Source: Candidatus Microgenomates bacterium (GTDB taxonomy: Bacteria; Patescibacteriota; JACPGU01). From it: a stretch of DNA of 64,000 bases. Below the pieces are notes generated by a model. The model searched no databases, had not been told where the DNA came from, and worked only from the letters and a program-made list of their open reading frames with translations. Numbering within the stretch: the first letter of the stretch is position 1; each line of letters opens with the position of its first letter. The stretch lies in the NCBI GenBank assembly GCA_016188915.1, contig JACPGU010000002.1:11388-75387 (forward strand), written 5' to 3'. Below, one piece after another: positions 1-9,010 of this stretch. Position numbers and translations under genes: made by a program.

Positions 1-644
1 TTTTCTTCAAAGCCAGGAATGAAGCGCGACTCCCCCAGAATAACTGCCATATTTTTTATTTGCATGCCCTTTAGCTCTTCAGGGGTGAAATCAGACGGAT
101 TAGCTACGTCTAGATCAAAATTTACCCAATCGCTCATTTCCGCCCCCTCTTCTTTGTCGGCTAATTGAGCGAATTGTTTCTGAATATTATTCAAGACATC
201 CAGAGTATCTTTTTCTTCTATCTTTATCTCTTCTTTTTTTATTTTTAATTTTTCACTTTTTACTTTTAATTTATTTTTCCACCCCTCTATGTTTATGGAA
301 GGAATCACATCTACTTCCCCACTCCAATCAAGACCATCTTTTTCCGAAAATTTTTCTATCTTAATATCGGCAGGTGAAGCCAGAGGCGTTATTTTTTCTC
401 TTGTCACCATTTCAAAATACGTATCTTGAATGGCTAGATCCTGCGCCTTGTGTTCTACGGCATGCTCGCCCAAAGCGTCCTTTGCCATTTCCTTTGGCAC
501 CTTGCCAGTCCGAAATCCTTTGATGGCGACATCCTTTGCTAGTATCTCCACCGCCCTATCAAAAAACTTCGCCACTTCTTCCGAAGTCGCTTTGATTTGA
601 AACTTGATTCTACTATTCGGCAATTTCTTGATTGTGCTTTCCAT
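1..644 (-). CDS. tig: Trigger factor, N-terminal part (runs off window start)
   Basis: Manual translation from ATG at 644: MESTIKKLPNSRIKFQI...IKGFRTGKVP (ribosome-binding GFRxGxxP motif)...LGESRFIPGFEE (FKBP domain). Absent from the ORF track because it is truncated. Confidence 0.93.
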   Translation of the reverse strand, partial: MESTIKKLPNSRIKFQIKATSEEVAKFFDRAVEILAKDVAIKGFRTGKVPKEMAKDALGEHAVEHKAQDLAIQDTYFEMVTREKITPLASPADIKIEKFSEKDGLDWSGEVDVIPSINIEGWKNKLKVKSEKLKIKKEEIKIEEKDTLDVLNNIQKQFAQLADKEEGAEMSDWVNFDLDVANPSDFTPEELKGMQIKNMAVILGESRFIPGFEE

Positions 645-739
645 GTATAGGGTTATTTTATTAGGCTTTCATTCTATCACAAAAGGCCCCCCTTGTTCAA
701 CTTCAAAAGGAACCCGCCTATGCGGGTTTCTTAGCCTGC

Positions 740-794
740 GGGAAAAGGTCGTTCCTCGGGTAGCGAAGCGGACAGAGGTGCGACCTTAAAGAGC
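740..794. repeat. REP-like palindrome, AGGTCG-TT-CCTC...GAGG-TG-CGACCT family
   Basis: Hairpin; 53/55 identical to the reverse complement of 9161..9215. Confidence 0.9.
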
Positions 795-804
795 AGGTCT
801 TATC

Positions 805-1122
805 TTACAAAACAATATTAATCACCAGCGCCAAAACGGTAAAAATGAAAGTCCAGCCGATAGTAAATGAGAGCATCCTGACTGCCTCTTTTTTCTTCCC
901 GTCCAGATACAGCATCACAGGCTTGGCGAAAAATAGAGAACCCATGATAGAGGCGGAAAGAACTAGAATTAGCAGTATCATCATCGGACCAACCATAGTC
1001 ATGTCATCCCCTTGGCCAAAAAGCGCTTCACCATTGGACATCAAAAGAGCAACAAGAGAAATATAGACGACAGCTAGCAGGGCATTGAGAAAACTTTGCA
1101 AAACCAGATTCTTTTTTTGCAT
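805..1122 (-). CDS. Small membrane protein with about 3 TM helices, hypothetical
   Basis: 105-aa hydrophobic ORF. Differences from its duplicated 5' end are all synonymous, which supports coding status. Confidence 0.85.
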   Translation of the reverse strand: MQKKNLVLQSFLNALLAVVYISLVALLMSNGEALFGQGDDMTMVGPMMILLILVLSASIMGSLFFAKPVMLYLDGKKKEAVRMLSFTIGWTFIFTVLALVINIVL

Positions 1123-1297
1123 ACATTTGACTTAATAATATGATAGTCTATGCAACCCTCCGCGAGTACAGCCTATTTGCAAATTTCTGATACCTGCCTT
1201 GCCGTAATGAAATCTATTTGCAAATTCCTGATATTCAGGATATTGCAAGAGATTACACGAGAGAGGGCATGATAAAGTTAATGTTTTTTGTTTATTA

Positions 1298-2365
1298 CTA
1301 TTTAATTCTTTTTTTCCCGTTTTTCTCTACTTCCCTCAACTTTTTAAAAACGTCTCTATCGAAATCAGACTCTATTTTCTGGGCTTTATTAAATTCATTG
1401 TATTCCGTAAACGCTTTTTGCTCGGCTTTTTCGTGTGATACACCACCCTTCCCGTCCAAAATTTTGTATTCATTGAAACCCAAAAATTTGTCTACACTTT
1501 CTGCCAGATCTTCCATTTTCATAGTCTTATGATTTTCTATAATGTTTTCGATGTAATCAAAGAACCCCGAAATAGTCCTTTCCAGTCTTTTGATCTGATC
1601 CTCTTCGAGATAATTTTTTGCCACCCTAACATCTGTTTTGATTATTCTGCCCGTTGGGGAATTTTTCCAAGTAGTCAGCCCCATGTGTGGCTTGGTTTTG
1701 TCGGCTTTAGAATAAATAATTTCTGCAGCGGTTTGACCAGCAATAGCAAAATGAAATTTATTTTGCACCATTGAGTAGAAACTTTTTGTAATTTCTGATT
1801 GAGGGTCATAGTCCATACTGCACTCGGCAAAAATGTCTGTGATTTGCTGATAGATTCTGCGTTCGCTGGCGCGGATTGAACGAACTCTCTCCAAAAGCTC
1901 CATGAAATAATCTTTGCCAAAATGACTTCCGTTTTTGAGTCGTTCATCGTCCATAGCAAAACCCTTGATAATATACTCTCGCAGAGCTTGGGTCGCCCAA
2001 ATACGAAATCTGGTAGCCTGCGTGCTATTCACCCTATATCCAACAGATATGATAGCGTCAAGATTGTAAAAATTTGTATTGTATGGCTTGCCGTCACTGG
2101 CAGTTGTCCGGAATTTCCGGATAACTGAATATTTGCTCAATTCACTGCTTTTAAAGATATTCTGCAGATGTTCATTGACCGTTCTTACGTCTACGTCGAA
2201 AAGCTCGGCCATTTTCTTTTGGGTCAGCCAAACAGTTTCGTTTTGAAAAAAAACATCAATATTAACCTTGCCCTCAAACGTGGTATACAACAAAAACCTT
2301 GATTGTTGTGGTGTTGTGTTTTCCGATTCCCCTCTTGGCATATATTTAGGCTTATCATAATCCAA
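1298..2365 (-). CDS. RhuM-family (virulence RhuM / putative DNA-binding) protein
   Basis: ETVWLTQKKMAELF, YNLDAIISVGYRVNS, ATRFRIWAT, IRASERRIYQ and QNKFHFAI motifs. Confidence 0.9.
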   Translation of the reverse strand: MDYDKPKYMPRGESENTTPQQSRFLLYTTFEGKVNIDVFFQNETVWLTQKKMAELFDVDVRTVNEHLQNIFKSSELSKYSVIRKFRTTASDGKPYNTNFYNLDAIISVGYRVNSTQATRFRIWATQALREYIIKGFAMDDERLKNGSHFGKDYFMELLERVRSIRASERRIYQQITDIFAECSMDYDPQSEITKSFYSMVQNKFHFAIAGQTAAEIIYSKADKTKPHMGLTTWKNSPTGRIIKTDVRVAKNYLEEDQIKRLERTISGFFDYIENIIENHKTMKMEDLAESVDKFLGFNEYKILDGKGGVSHEKAEQKAFTEYNEFNKAQKIESDFDRDVFKKLREVEKNGKKRIK

Positions 2366-2475
2366 TTACATGATACCACAAAAAAATCCGCCTTCGCAGA
2401 TGTTTATACTTTAAGAACTTTACAGGCTTTACCGATCCATTGCGGGCTACACGGAGGTCAGACCTCCGGAGGTTT

Positions 2476-2549
2476 CAACAAGAGAAATATAGACGACAGC
2501 CAGCAACGCATTGAGAAAACTTTGCAAAACCAGATTCTTTTTTTGCATA
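2476..2549 (-). pseudogene. Truncated duplicate of the first 24 codons of the 805..1122 gene
   Basis: 71/74 identical to 1050..1123; ends at palindrome GGAGGTCAGACCTCC (2453..2467). Confidence 0.9.
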
Positions 2550-2604
2550 GGGCCTGATTATTAATATTATTATAGTTCTATTCTAGCAAGGAATCCTCCT
2601 CGCA

Positions 2605-4986
2605 TCAAACACCCACCTCTGCGTACAGCTCTTCCTGAAATTCAAAAAACATAGCTCGGATCTTTTCCACTCCGCCGAGGGCTGTCGCCGCATCAGCTAT
2701 AGCCTGATACTTGAGATTGAGAAGTTTTGGTAGTTTTTCCTCATCCAGCTCATCAACACCGTTATCAATATATTTATCAATAACAAAACTCAAGAATTCT
2801 TTTTCTTTGTCATCTATCCCCTTAAATATAAGAGGTCTTGCTCTGATAACTCTCTCCTCTCTTGTAATCGGTTTTATCGCAAAAGAAACATAGGAGAGAA
2901 CATCAAATAGGTCGGAATCTTCGGCATTGACCAATCTTTGCAGACCTTCTAGCTCTTCCTTCCCATATCCCTGATCTGCGATTTTCTCAAGGAATGCTTT
3001 TCTTGTTACGGGATTTGACCAGATCTTCCTTAGCTCTTCTTCACTTTTGAAAAACTCTGGCAATTTGCCAAACATGTTTTGCAGGAATTCTTCGGCAGAT
3101 ATGGGCTTGCCGTCGGCACTCCAAAAAGAAGTTGATACCATATGCTGGATTTCCCTTTCTTTCCCATCGCGTAATTTTATTTTCAGTTTCTGTCTTGGCA
3201 CATTTTCGCATTCACATGGATCTTTACTGCATTCAGGACAAAGATTGGGAACCCTTTCGCATATACAAGGATTCTCGCCACACACAGGGCACACTTCTTT
3301 TGGCTTCCTTTCGCAAATACAAGGATCTTCTCCGCATTTCGGACAGATCTCCTCGACGGGTTCGCCGTCCCACTCGGGGTCAGAAAAGTGATGATATGCT
3401 CCGACAAAATCTAGAATAGTAAAATACTCTTTACCGTCAAAAAGTCGTGTCCCACGACCAACGATCTGCTTGAATTCAATCATGGAGTTGACTGGACGCA
3501 TCAGAACGATGTTGCGGATGTTGCGGGCGTCAACACCAGTAGATAGTTTCTGTGAAGTAGTTAAGATGGTCGGAATAGTCTTCTCGTTATCTTGAAAATC
3601 TCGCAAATACTGTTCGCCTCTTGTGCCATCATTTGCAGTAACTCTAACGCAATAATTTGGGTTCGCACTTTTCTTAAATTGATTTATCAGGTCTCTCACG
3701 GCGGCTGCGTGTTCCTGCGTAGCGCAAAAAACAATCGTCTTCTGGCTCTGATCAATCTCGTCCAGCATTATCCTCACGCGCTTTTCTTCTCTCTCCTTGA
3801 TCTTGATAATCTTGTTGAAATCTTCCTCCTTGTATATCTTGCCAATCTCCACTTCTCCTTCGACAACTTCGTCGTCAGAAGTATAAACATATTCATCAAG
3901 AGTTGTTTGGATTCGCTTGACCTTGAATGGCGTCAAAAATCCGTCATTGATTCCCTCCTTCAGAGAATAGGTATAAACTGGCTCACCAAAATATTTGTAT
4001 GTATCAATATTATCTCTCCTTTTTGGCGTTGCTGTCAGGCCCAGTTGAACAGCGGGAGAGAAATAATCCAAAATATCACGCCAGTTTGATTCGTCGTTTG
4101 CTCCGCCTCGGTGACACTCGTCAATTATGATGAAATCAAAAAAGTCCTTTGGATATTCGCCAAAATATGGCGCGCCACCAGGACCACTCATAAATGTTTG
4201 AAATATTGTAAAAAATATACTGCCATTTGTTGGCACTCCACCCTTCTTGCGAATATCGAGTGGGCTGATACGAACTAGCGCATTTTGGTCAAACGGAGAA
4301 AACGAGTTGAACGCCTGATTTGCCAAAATATTTCGATCAGTAAGAAAAAGTATTCTGGGTTGCCTCGCCCCATCTCGCTTTAAGTTCCAACGAGAATGAA
4401 AGAGCTTCCAAGCAATCTGAAAAGCGATGAATGTCTTTCCCGTTCCGGTAGCGAGAGTTAGAAGAATTCTCTGCTTGTTCTCGGCAACAGCATCAAGAGT
4501 GTTGTTGATAGCATTCTCCTGATAGTATCGCAAGATCTTCGTACCACCAATATCTTCAAAAGGAACTTGCGCAAACTTATTTTTCCATTCATTTTGATCA
4601 GAGAAAGCTTTGTTCCATAATTCTTCTGGCGTTGGGAAGCTATCAACCAGAGTTTCTTTCCCACTTTTCATCTCAATCTCATAGATCTCCTTGCCATTGG
4701 TGGCATAGGTGTATTCTGTTTGCAGTTTCTTAGCATAATCTTTTGCCTGCGCCACACCTTCAGAATAAGAAATGGTTTCCGCCTTTGCTTCAACCACAGC
4801 CAGCTTCTGATTTTTGTAAACTAAAACATAGTCAGCAATTTCTTTTTTGCCTCTTATCCCTCCAGGCTGGATGCGCCCTTCGGTAATATGATGTTCGCGC
4901 AGAATCTTTGACCCCCCTGTCTCACCCCATCCGCTTTCTTTCAATTTCGGGTCAATATATTCCGCTCTTGTCTCTGCTTCGTTCAT
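2605..4986 (-). CDS. hsdR: Type I restriction enzyme subunit R (EcoAI/EcoEI-like)
   Basis: MNEAETR..IDPKL, AD-VVEAK nuclease motif, LATGTGKT, IIIDECHRG, GLTATPK, LSTGVD and QIVGRGTR; EcoEI-R-like C-terminus. Confidence 0.95.
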   Translation of the reverse strand: MNEAETRAEYIDPKLKESGWGETGGSKILREHHITEGRIQPGGIRGKKEIADYVLVYKNQKLAVVEAKAETISYSEGVAQAKDYAKKLQTEYTYATNGKEIYEIEMKSGKETLVDSFPTPEELWNKAFSDQNEWKNKFAQVPFEDIGGTKILRYYQENAINNTLDAVAENKQRILLTLATGTGKTFIAFQIAWKLFHSRWNLKRDGARQPRILFLTDRNILANQAFNSFSPFDQNALVRISPLDIRKKGGVPTNGSIFFTIFQTFMSGPGGAPYFGEYPKDFFDFIIIDECHRGGANDESNWRDILDYFSPAVQLGLTATPKRRDNIDTYKYFGEPVYTYSLKEGINDGFLTPFKVKRIQTTLDEYVYTSDDEVVEGEVEIGKIYKEEDFNKIIKIKEREEKRVRIMLDEIDQSQKTIVFCATQEHAAAVRDLINQFKKSANPNYCVRVTANDGTRGEQYLRDFQDNEKTIPTILTTSQKLSTGVDARNIRNIVLMRPVNSMIEFKQIVGRGTRLFDGKEYFTILDFVGAYHHFSDPEWDGEPVEEICPKCGEDPCICERKPKEVCPVCGENPCICERVPNLCPECSKDPCECENVPRQKLKIKLRDGKEREIQHMVSTSFWSADGKPISAEEFLQNMFGKLPEFFKSEEELRKIWSNPVTRKAFLEKIADQGYGKEELEGLQRLVNAEDSDLFDVLSYVSFAIKPITREERVIRARPLIFKGIDDKEKEFLSFVIDKYIDNGVDELDEEKLPKLLNLKYQAIADAATALGGVEKIRAMFFEFQEELYAEVGV

Positions 4987-5057
4987 GTCTATATTATACT
5001 ATTTTCTGCTTATTTAAGCAAATATAGCAATCAAAAAACATCTCCCCTAGAGATGTT

Positions 5058-5297
5058 TTAATAATTTCTCATTATTTCTTCTGCGTCATACCCCCATCCT
5101 TCTGCCTGTTTGAGTTTGTCTCTCAAGACTTCTTTGTATATCTTGCTCTGCAATGTTATGAACTGTTTGTTCTTTGGGTTTGTTAGCTTGTAGTGTCCAC
5201 CTTTCCCTCCGCTCATATCCAGAATAAAGCCCATCTTTACGAAAGCTCGCGCAAGTCGTTTTTGAGATATGTCCGATGGCAGATCATGCGGTAACAT
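5058..5297 (-). CDS. HicA-like mRNA interferase toxin
   Basis: 79 aa, basic; LARAFVKMGF...GKGGHYKL matches the HicA dsRBD-like G-x-H pattern; overlaps the upstream partner gene. Confidence 0.7.
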   Translation of the reverse strand: MLPHDLPSDISQKRLARAFVKMGFILDMSGGKGGHYKLTNPKNKQFITLQSKIYKEVLRDKLKQAEGWGYDAEEIMRNY

Positions 5298-5652
5298 ATC
5301 TCTCCTCCCGCGCAGTCAACGACTGTGTAGCTGAAAGAGGAGATGAGTTAAGCGGTGGGTTAAAGGTGATTCTCTTGGGATCGCAATAGCGAACCGGTAT
5401 TTCAAACGCAGTAAATATCGCGTCCTTTAATTCTTTTTCTAAATCCTCTTTTGTAGTACCTGTGGCAGAGATGTACCCCCGTGGGTAATCCACGGACTCT
5501 GCATAAAGATATTTCTCACCATCTTCTTCTACCGAGCGTACATTGAATTTTATCCCTCTTTGAGAGAGCTCAATTCCAAGAACGTCAAGCTTCTCTAGCG
5601 CTTGTGAAGGTGTAGCTAAATATGATTGTATCCTATGGACTAGCCTGTTCAT
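5284..5652 (-). CDS. HicB-like antitoxin
   Basis: EEDGEKYLYAE...ISATGTTKEDLEKELKDAI resembles the HicB N-terminal partial RNase H fold; adjacent to the HicA-like ORF. Confidence 0.6.
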   Translation of the reverse strand: MNRLVHRIQSYLATPSQALEKLDVLGIELSQRGIKFNVRSVEEDGEKYLYAESVDYPRGYISATGTTKEDLEKELKDAIFTAFEIPVRYCDPKRITFNPPLNSSPLSATQSLTAREERYVTA

Positions 5653-5800
5653 ATATGTGCTTTTAGCTGAATTATAATGCTAGCAAAAAATTCAACAAAA
5701 GTCAAGAATTAACTACATTATAGCATCACCCAAATCATTGTCAAAGAAAGACAAGATGCCTCATAATTCTCCCCTAAATATCCCTGTCTCGCCGTAGCTT

Positions 5801-6979
5801 TTATAATTTCCCAGCGAAGGCGGATTGTAGCACCGACTTCTTCAGCTCCTCCAAATCCGCTAATTTTTGTTTATAAATCCCCTCCAGCTTCTTTGTCTCC
5901 CCTGATAACGCATCCAGCTTCGCAATAATAGACTTCTGTTCGGAAAGGGATTTTGGATAAAAAATATTAAAATCTTCCAACTGAGCTTTTGTAATTGCTT
6001 GCCTTGTTGCCCCTTGTCCACCAATTACCAATAATTGATCCTTATATATTTTTGAAGTAAGTAAATAGTTTAAAAAAGTTGGATCAATTATTTCTTTTCT
6101 TGGCCTTATAATCGATACATGCTGATTTACTCTTGCTGGTAAATATTTTTCATCAAAAACGCAACATCGCGCCACAGATGCTCCCGTTATATTTAATAAT
6201 ACGTCGCCTTTTTCAAGAGTAACATTTAATAGGTCTTTTGCCTGTTTATCATTAATAAAGGCGAGGTTTTTTTCTACAAAATTTCTATCATGTACATTCA
6301 TGCTGCGCACCAAAGAAATCCCTTGTTTTATATATGACTCCCTTCCTCCTCGTGGAGTTGCGCCACTTCCTATTTTTAAAGTTAGATTTTCAAGTCTATC
6401 AGTTTCCCAATCCTTCCCCTGATTCGTAAAAACACTCTGCAAATACGATTCAAAAAGCTCTTTGGAATTTTGGAGATTTTTTTCAGTATTCTCCTTCGCC
6501 TTTTTTATCTCCCCAAAAACCTCATCCAATATTTTTACAATGCGTTGCTGTTCGGGGAGAGGGGGGAGCGGAACCTGAATATTCTCTATATCTTTTTTGT
6601 TTATTGAAGCAAAAACTGCACCAGCATTGCCAGATATGTTTTTCTCATTAAGAACTAGGAAATAAAATAAAAAATCTTTGTCTATATCTTTTCCCGCTCG
6701 GATACTTGCGAGACCACGCCCGATACATATCTTTTGTGTTGCAAAGTTAATTGGACCAACCGGAGCACGAACAGACATTAAGATATCGTTTTCCTGTGCC
6801 TCTTTAGTGGTTTTAGTTGTCCATACCGTTGGTTCTCCGAGAAATATTTCGCCAAACTCTTTTTTTCCTTGATAGAAGGGTGTGCCATCTTGTTTGCTAT
6901 TATAAAAACGTCCTTCTGGGGATTGGCCAGCTATCACACTACAAACCTCACCAAGTTTCATTGTTTGCCAATTATTCAT
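5801..6979 (-). CDS. hsdS: Type I RM specificity subunit S
   Basis: Two TRDs with conserved VPLPPLPEQQRIVKILD and SLSEQKSIIAKLD...LKKSVLQSAFAGKL. Confidence 0.95.
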   Translation of the reverse strand: MNNWQTMKLGEVCSVIAGQSPEGRFYNSKQDGTPFYQGKKEFGEIFLGEPTVWTTKTTKEAQENDILMSVRAPVGPINFATQKICIGRGLASIRAGKDIDKDFLFYFLVLNEKNISGNAGAVFASINKKDIENIQVPLPPLPEQQRIVKILDEVFGEIKKAKENTEKNLQNSKELFESYLQSVFTNQGKDWETDRLENLTLKIGSGATPRGGRESYIKQGISLVRSMNVHDRNFVEKNLAFINDKQAKDLLNVTLEKGDVLLNITGASVARCCVFDEKYLPARVNQHVSIIRPRKEIIDPTFLNYLLTSKIYKDQLLVIGGQGATRQAITKAQLEDFNIFYPKSLSEQKSIIAKLDALSGETKKLEGIYKQKLADLEELKKSVLQSAFAGKL

Positions 6980-7547
6980 AAATACTTTTTTGTAGCTCCA
7001 TAATTAAAACCTCCCACTTTCTAAAGTATTCTTCTATTGTTGTATTTTTATTTGAATCAACCTCGTTTACGCCATCATCTAAATTTTTTATTCTATCATA
7101 GCTATCACTGTCTACGTCCAAATGTAGATAAGTATATTTACTCTTATCCTTATCAACAAGTTTTGCCGACGATGGCCATAAGCCTTCGAGAGCCAATCTT
7201 ATCTCCTTTGGTAAAAGTATATCCGATCTAATATCTATATGATCAAAAAGTAAGAAGTAATTTATATCAAAATACACTTTTTCTTTTGCTATAGAAACCA
7301 GATCCTTTTCATAAAATCTTCTTTTATCAACTAAAATATCATTTAGAAAAATCTGATAAATTGATCCATTGTTTGTGTATATTAAGAATCTTATATTCTT
7401 AATATATTCCAACAAACTTTTAGAAAAACTATATTTATCTCTTCCCCGAATTTCTGTTTTCCAGACCGAAAGTGCCTTCCAAGCAATAATAATTACAGCT
7501 ATTTGCAATAAAATCCCTATAATTCTTATAATATTTTCATAAATCAT
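6972..7547 (-). CDS. Hypothetical protein with N-terminal TM helix
   Basis: 191-aa AT-rich ORF with hydrophobic N-terminus; overlaps the hsdS start. Confidence 0.75.
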   Translation of the reverse strand: MIYENIIRIIGILLQIAVIIIAWKALSVWKTEIRGRDKYSFSKSLLEYIKNIRFLIYTNNGSIYQIFLNDILVDKRRFYEKDLVSIAKEKVYFDINYFLLFDHIDIRSDILLPKEIRLALEGLWPSSAKLVDKDKSKYTYLHLDVDSDSYDRIKNLDDGVNEVDSNKNTTIEEYFRKWEVLIMELQKSIYE

Positions 7548-7558
7548 TTGTTTGCCAG

Positions 7559-9004
7559 TTAGTTTTCATATTCGCGGTAACTATCTTTGTGATATTTACT
7601 TTTTTCTACATATTCAATAAGTAGATCCATAAACATCTTTTCCTTATTGTTATTACTGACGCTCATGCCCTCGTGGTCATTCAGATCAACATTGAGTTCA
7701 TACCCTTGCCACTTTACTGGGACGCCATCATTTTCTGGTATTTTTATATCCAGAGGTTTAAGCATGGTTTTTATAAATCTCATAAAAGGCATTCTTGCTC
7801 TTGATTCATTTGGATTACCTTTAATTTTTTTTAGTTTTTCAATAAAAACTTCAGGACTTGAGAAACTATTGATAGCTATATTAACTGCTATATCATATAT
7901 TTTTTGAAAATTATCTGAAAACGGATCCTCATTATAACTACCCTTTTTTAGCTCTTGCATTTGAAACTTTGTTGCCTTCAATAGTTCCCTTAGTGTCATG
8001 CTGTGGTTGCCTATAGCATTACTGAAAATATATGCAAGAAAGTACTTAATGTATCCGCTATCTTGTATTGCATCTTTTAAGTTCGGCTCTTCGTTTTTGA
8101 TACTTTTGACAATTTCATCAACCATATCTAGCACTGCCTTTCGATTATCAAAATAATATGGGGCAACTGAAAAAAACTTATCTACATAACCATAAAAATC
8201 GGTCTCAATTCCATATTTATGATGAAAAATATGCTTCAAGTTCGTATAATCGCCAACAATAATTATTAGGTCAAATCCAAACTTATTTTCATTTTCTTTT
8301 TCAAAATAAGCCGACAAAACATTTAAGATTCTAAATATATGCCCTGGGTCAATTCTATCTAGATCATCCAGAATAAGGACGCTTTTCTTCTGACCTTTTT
8401 GCTGAATAATTTTCTCCTTCAAAAGATGGCTTAAATAATCTGTTTCGGAAATACTTTTTGTTTTTATTGCTTCAGTGTATTTTTCCGCCAGCCCCTTCTC
8501 GCCTTTTTTGTATTCTTTCTTAAATTCCTGAAACTCTTTGTCAATTTCCAATAAGTCTTTTAGTGGCCTGCCAAGTTTCCCTAGTATATTAGTGATTGGG
8601 TCAATAGACAGTTCGGCATACGATTCTCCCGCGGAGAGAGTTGATTGCAAAAACGAATTTAGCGAAAATCTTTTCTTGCACCATGAATAAAAAAGAAGGG
8701 CGGAGTCTTTGATGCCTTCAATTTTATTTTCCTGTAATATATCTTGATTCTTTTTTAATAATTCTACTAAAATATCATATTTGATTAACTCTAATACATC
8801 TTCGTTATTACTAATTTGATAATTTACTGGGTAAAGATGAAACGCTTCATATTTGTCCTTTAGTGAATCAAAAAATTTATTGAGAAAATAGGTTTTCCCA
8901 ATACCAAATTTGCCAGAAAAAAACACTCGCGAATTTTTTTCTGTATCAAGGAAAGAATCAAATTTGCCTTTTATGGTTTCAATTGGTATTTCTATTTCAG
9001 TCAT
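7559..9004 (-). CDS. KAP-family P-loop NTPase
   Basis: Walker A SGKFGIGKT and KAP-type Walker B VLILDDLDR; YVDKFF motif. Confidence 0.85.
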   Translation of the reverse strand: MTEIEIPIETIKGKFDSFLDTEKNSRVFFSGKFGIGKTYFLNKFFDSLKDKYEAFHLYPVNYQISNNEDVLELIKYDILVELLKKNQDILQENKIEGIKDSALLFYSWCKKRFSLNSFLQSTLSAGESYAELSIDPITNILGKLGRPLKDLLEIDKEFQEFKKEYKKGEKGLAEKYTEAIKTKSISETDYLSHLLKEKIIQQKGQKKSVLILDDLDRIDPGHIFRILNVLSAYFEKENENKFGFDLIIIVGDYTNLKHIFHHKYGIETDFYGYVDKFFSVAPYYFDNRKAVLDMVDEIVKSIKNEEPNLKDAIQDSGYIKYFLAYIFSNAIGNHSMTLRELLKATKFQMQELKKGSYNEDPFSDNFQKIYDIAVNIAINSFSSPEVFIEKLKKIKGNPNESRARMPFMRFIKTMLKPLDIKIPENDGVPVKWQGYELNVDLNDHEGMSVSNNNKEKMFMDLLIEYVEKSKYHKDSYREYEN

Positions 9005-9010
9005 ATGAAC

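Noticed and set aside
604..789. 61-aa plus-strand ORF
   Set aside because: Overlaps the tig start in antisense and a REP-like palindrome.
5801..6979. Invertible hsdS shufflon
   Set aside because: Only one complete hsdS, with no silent TRD copies and no invertase in the window.
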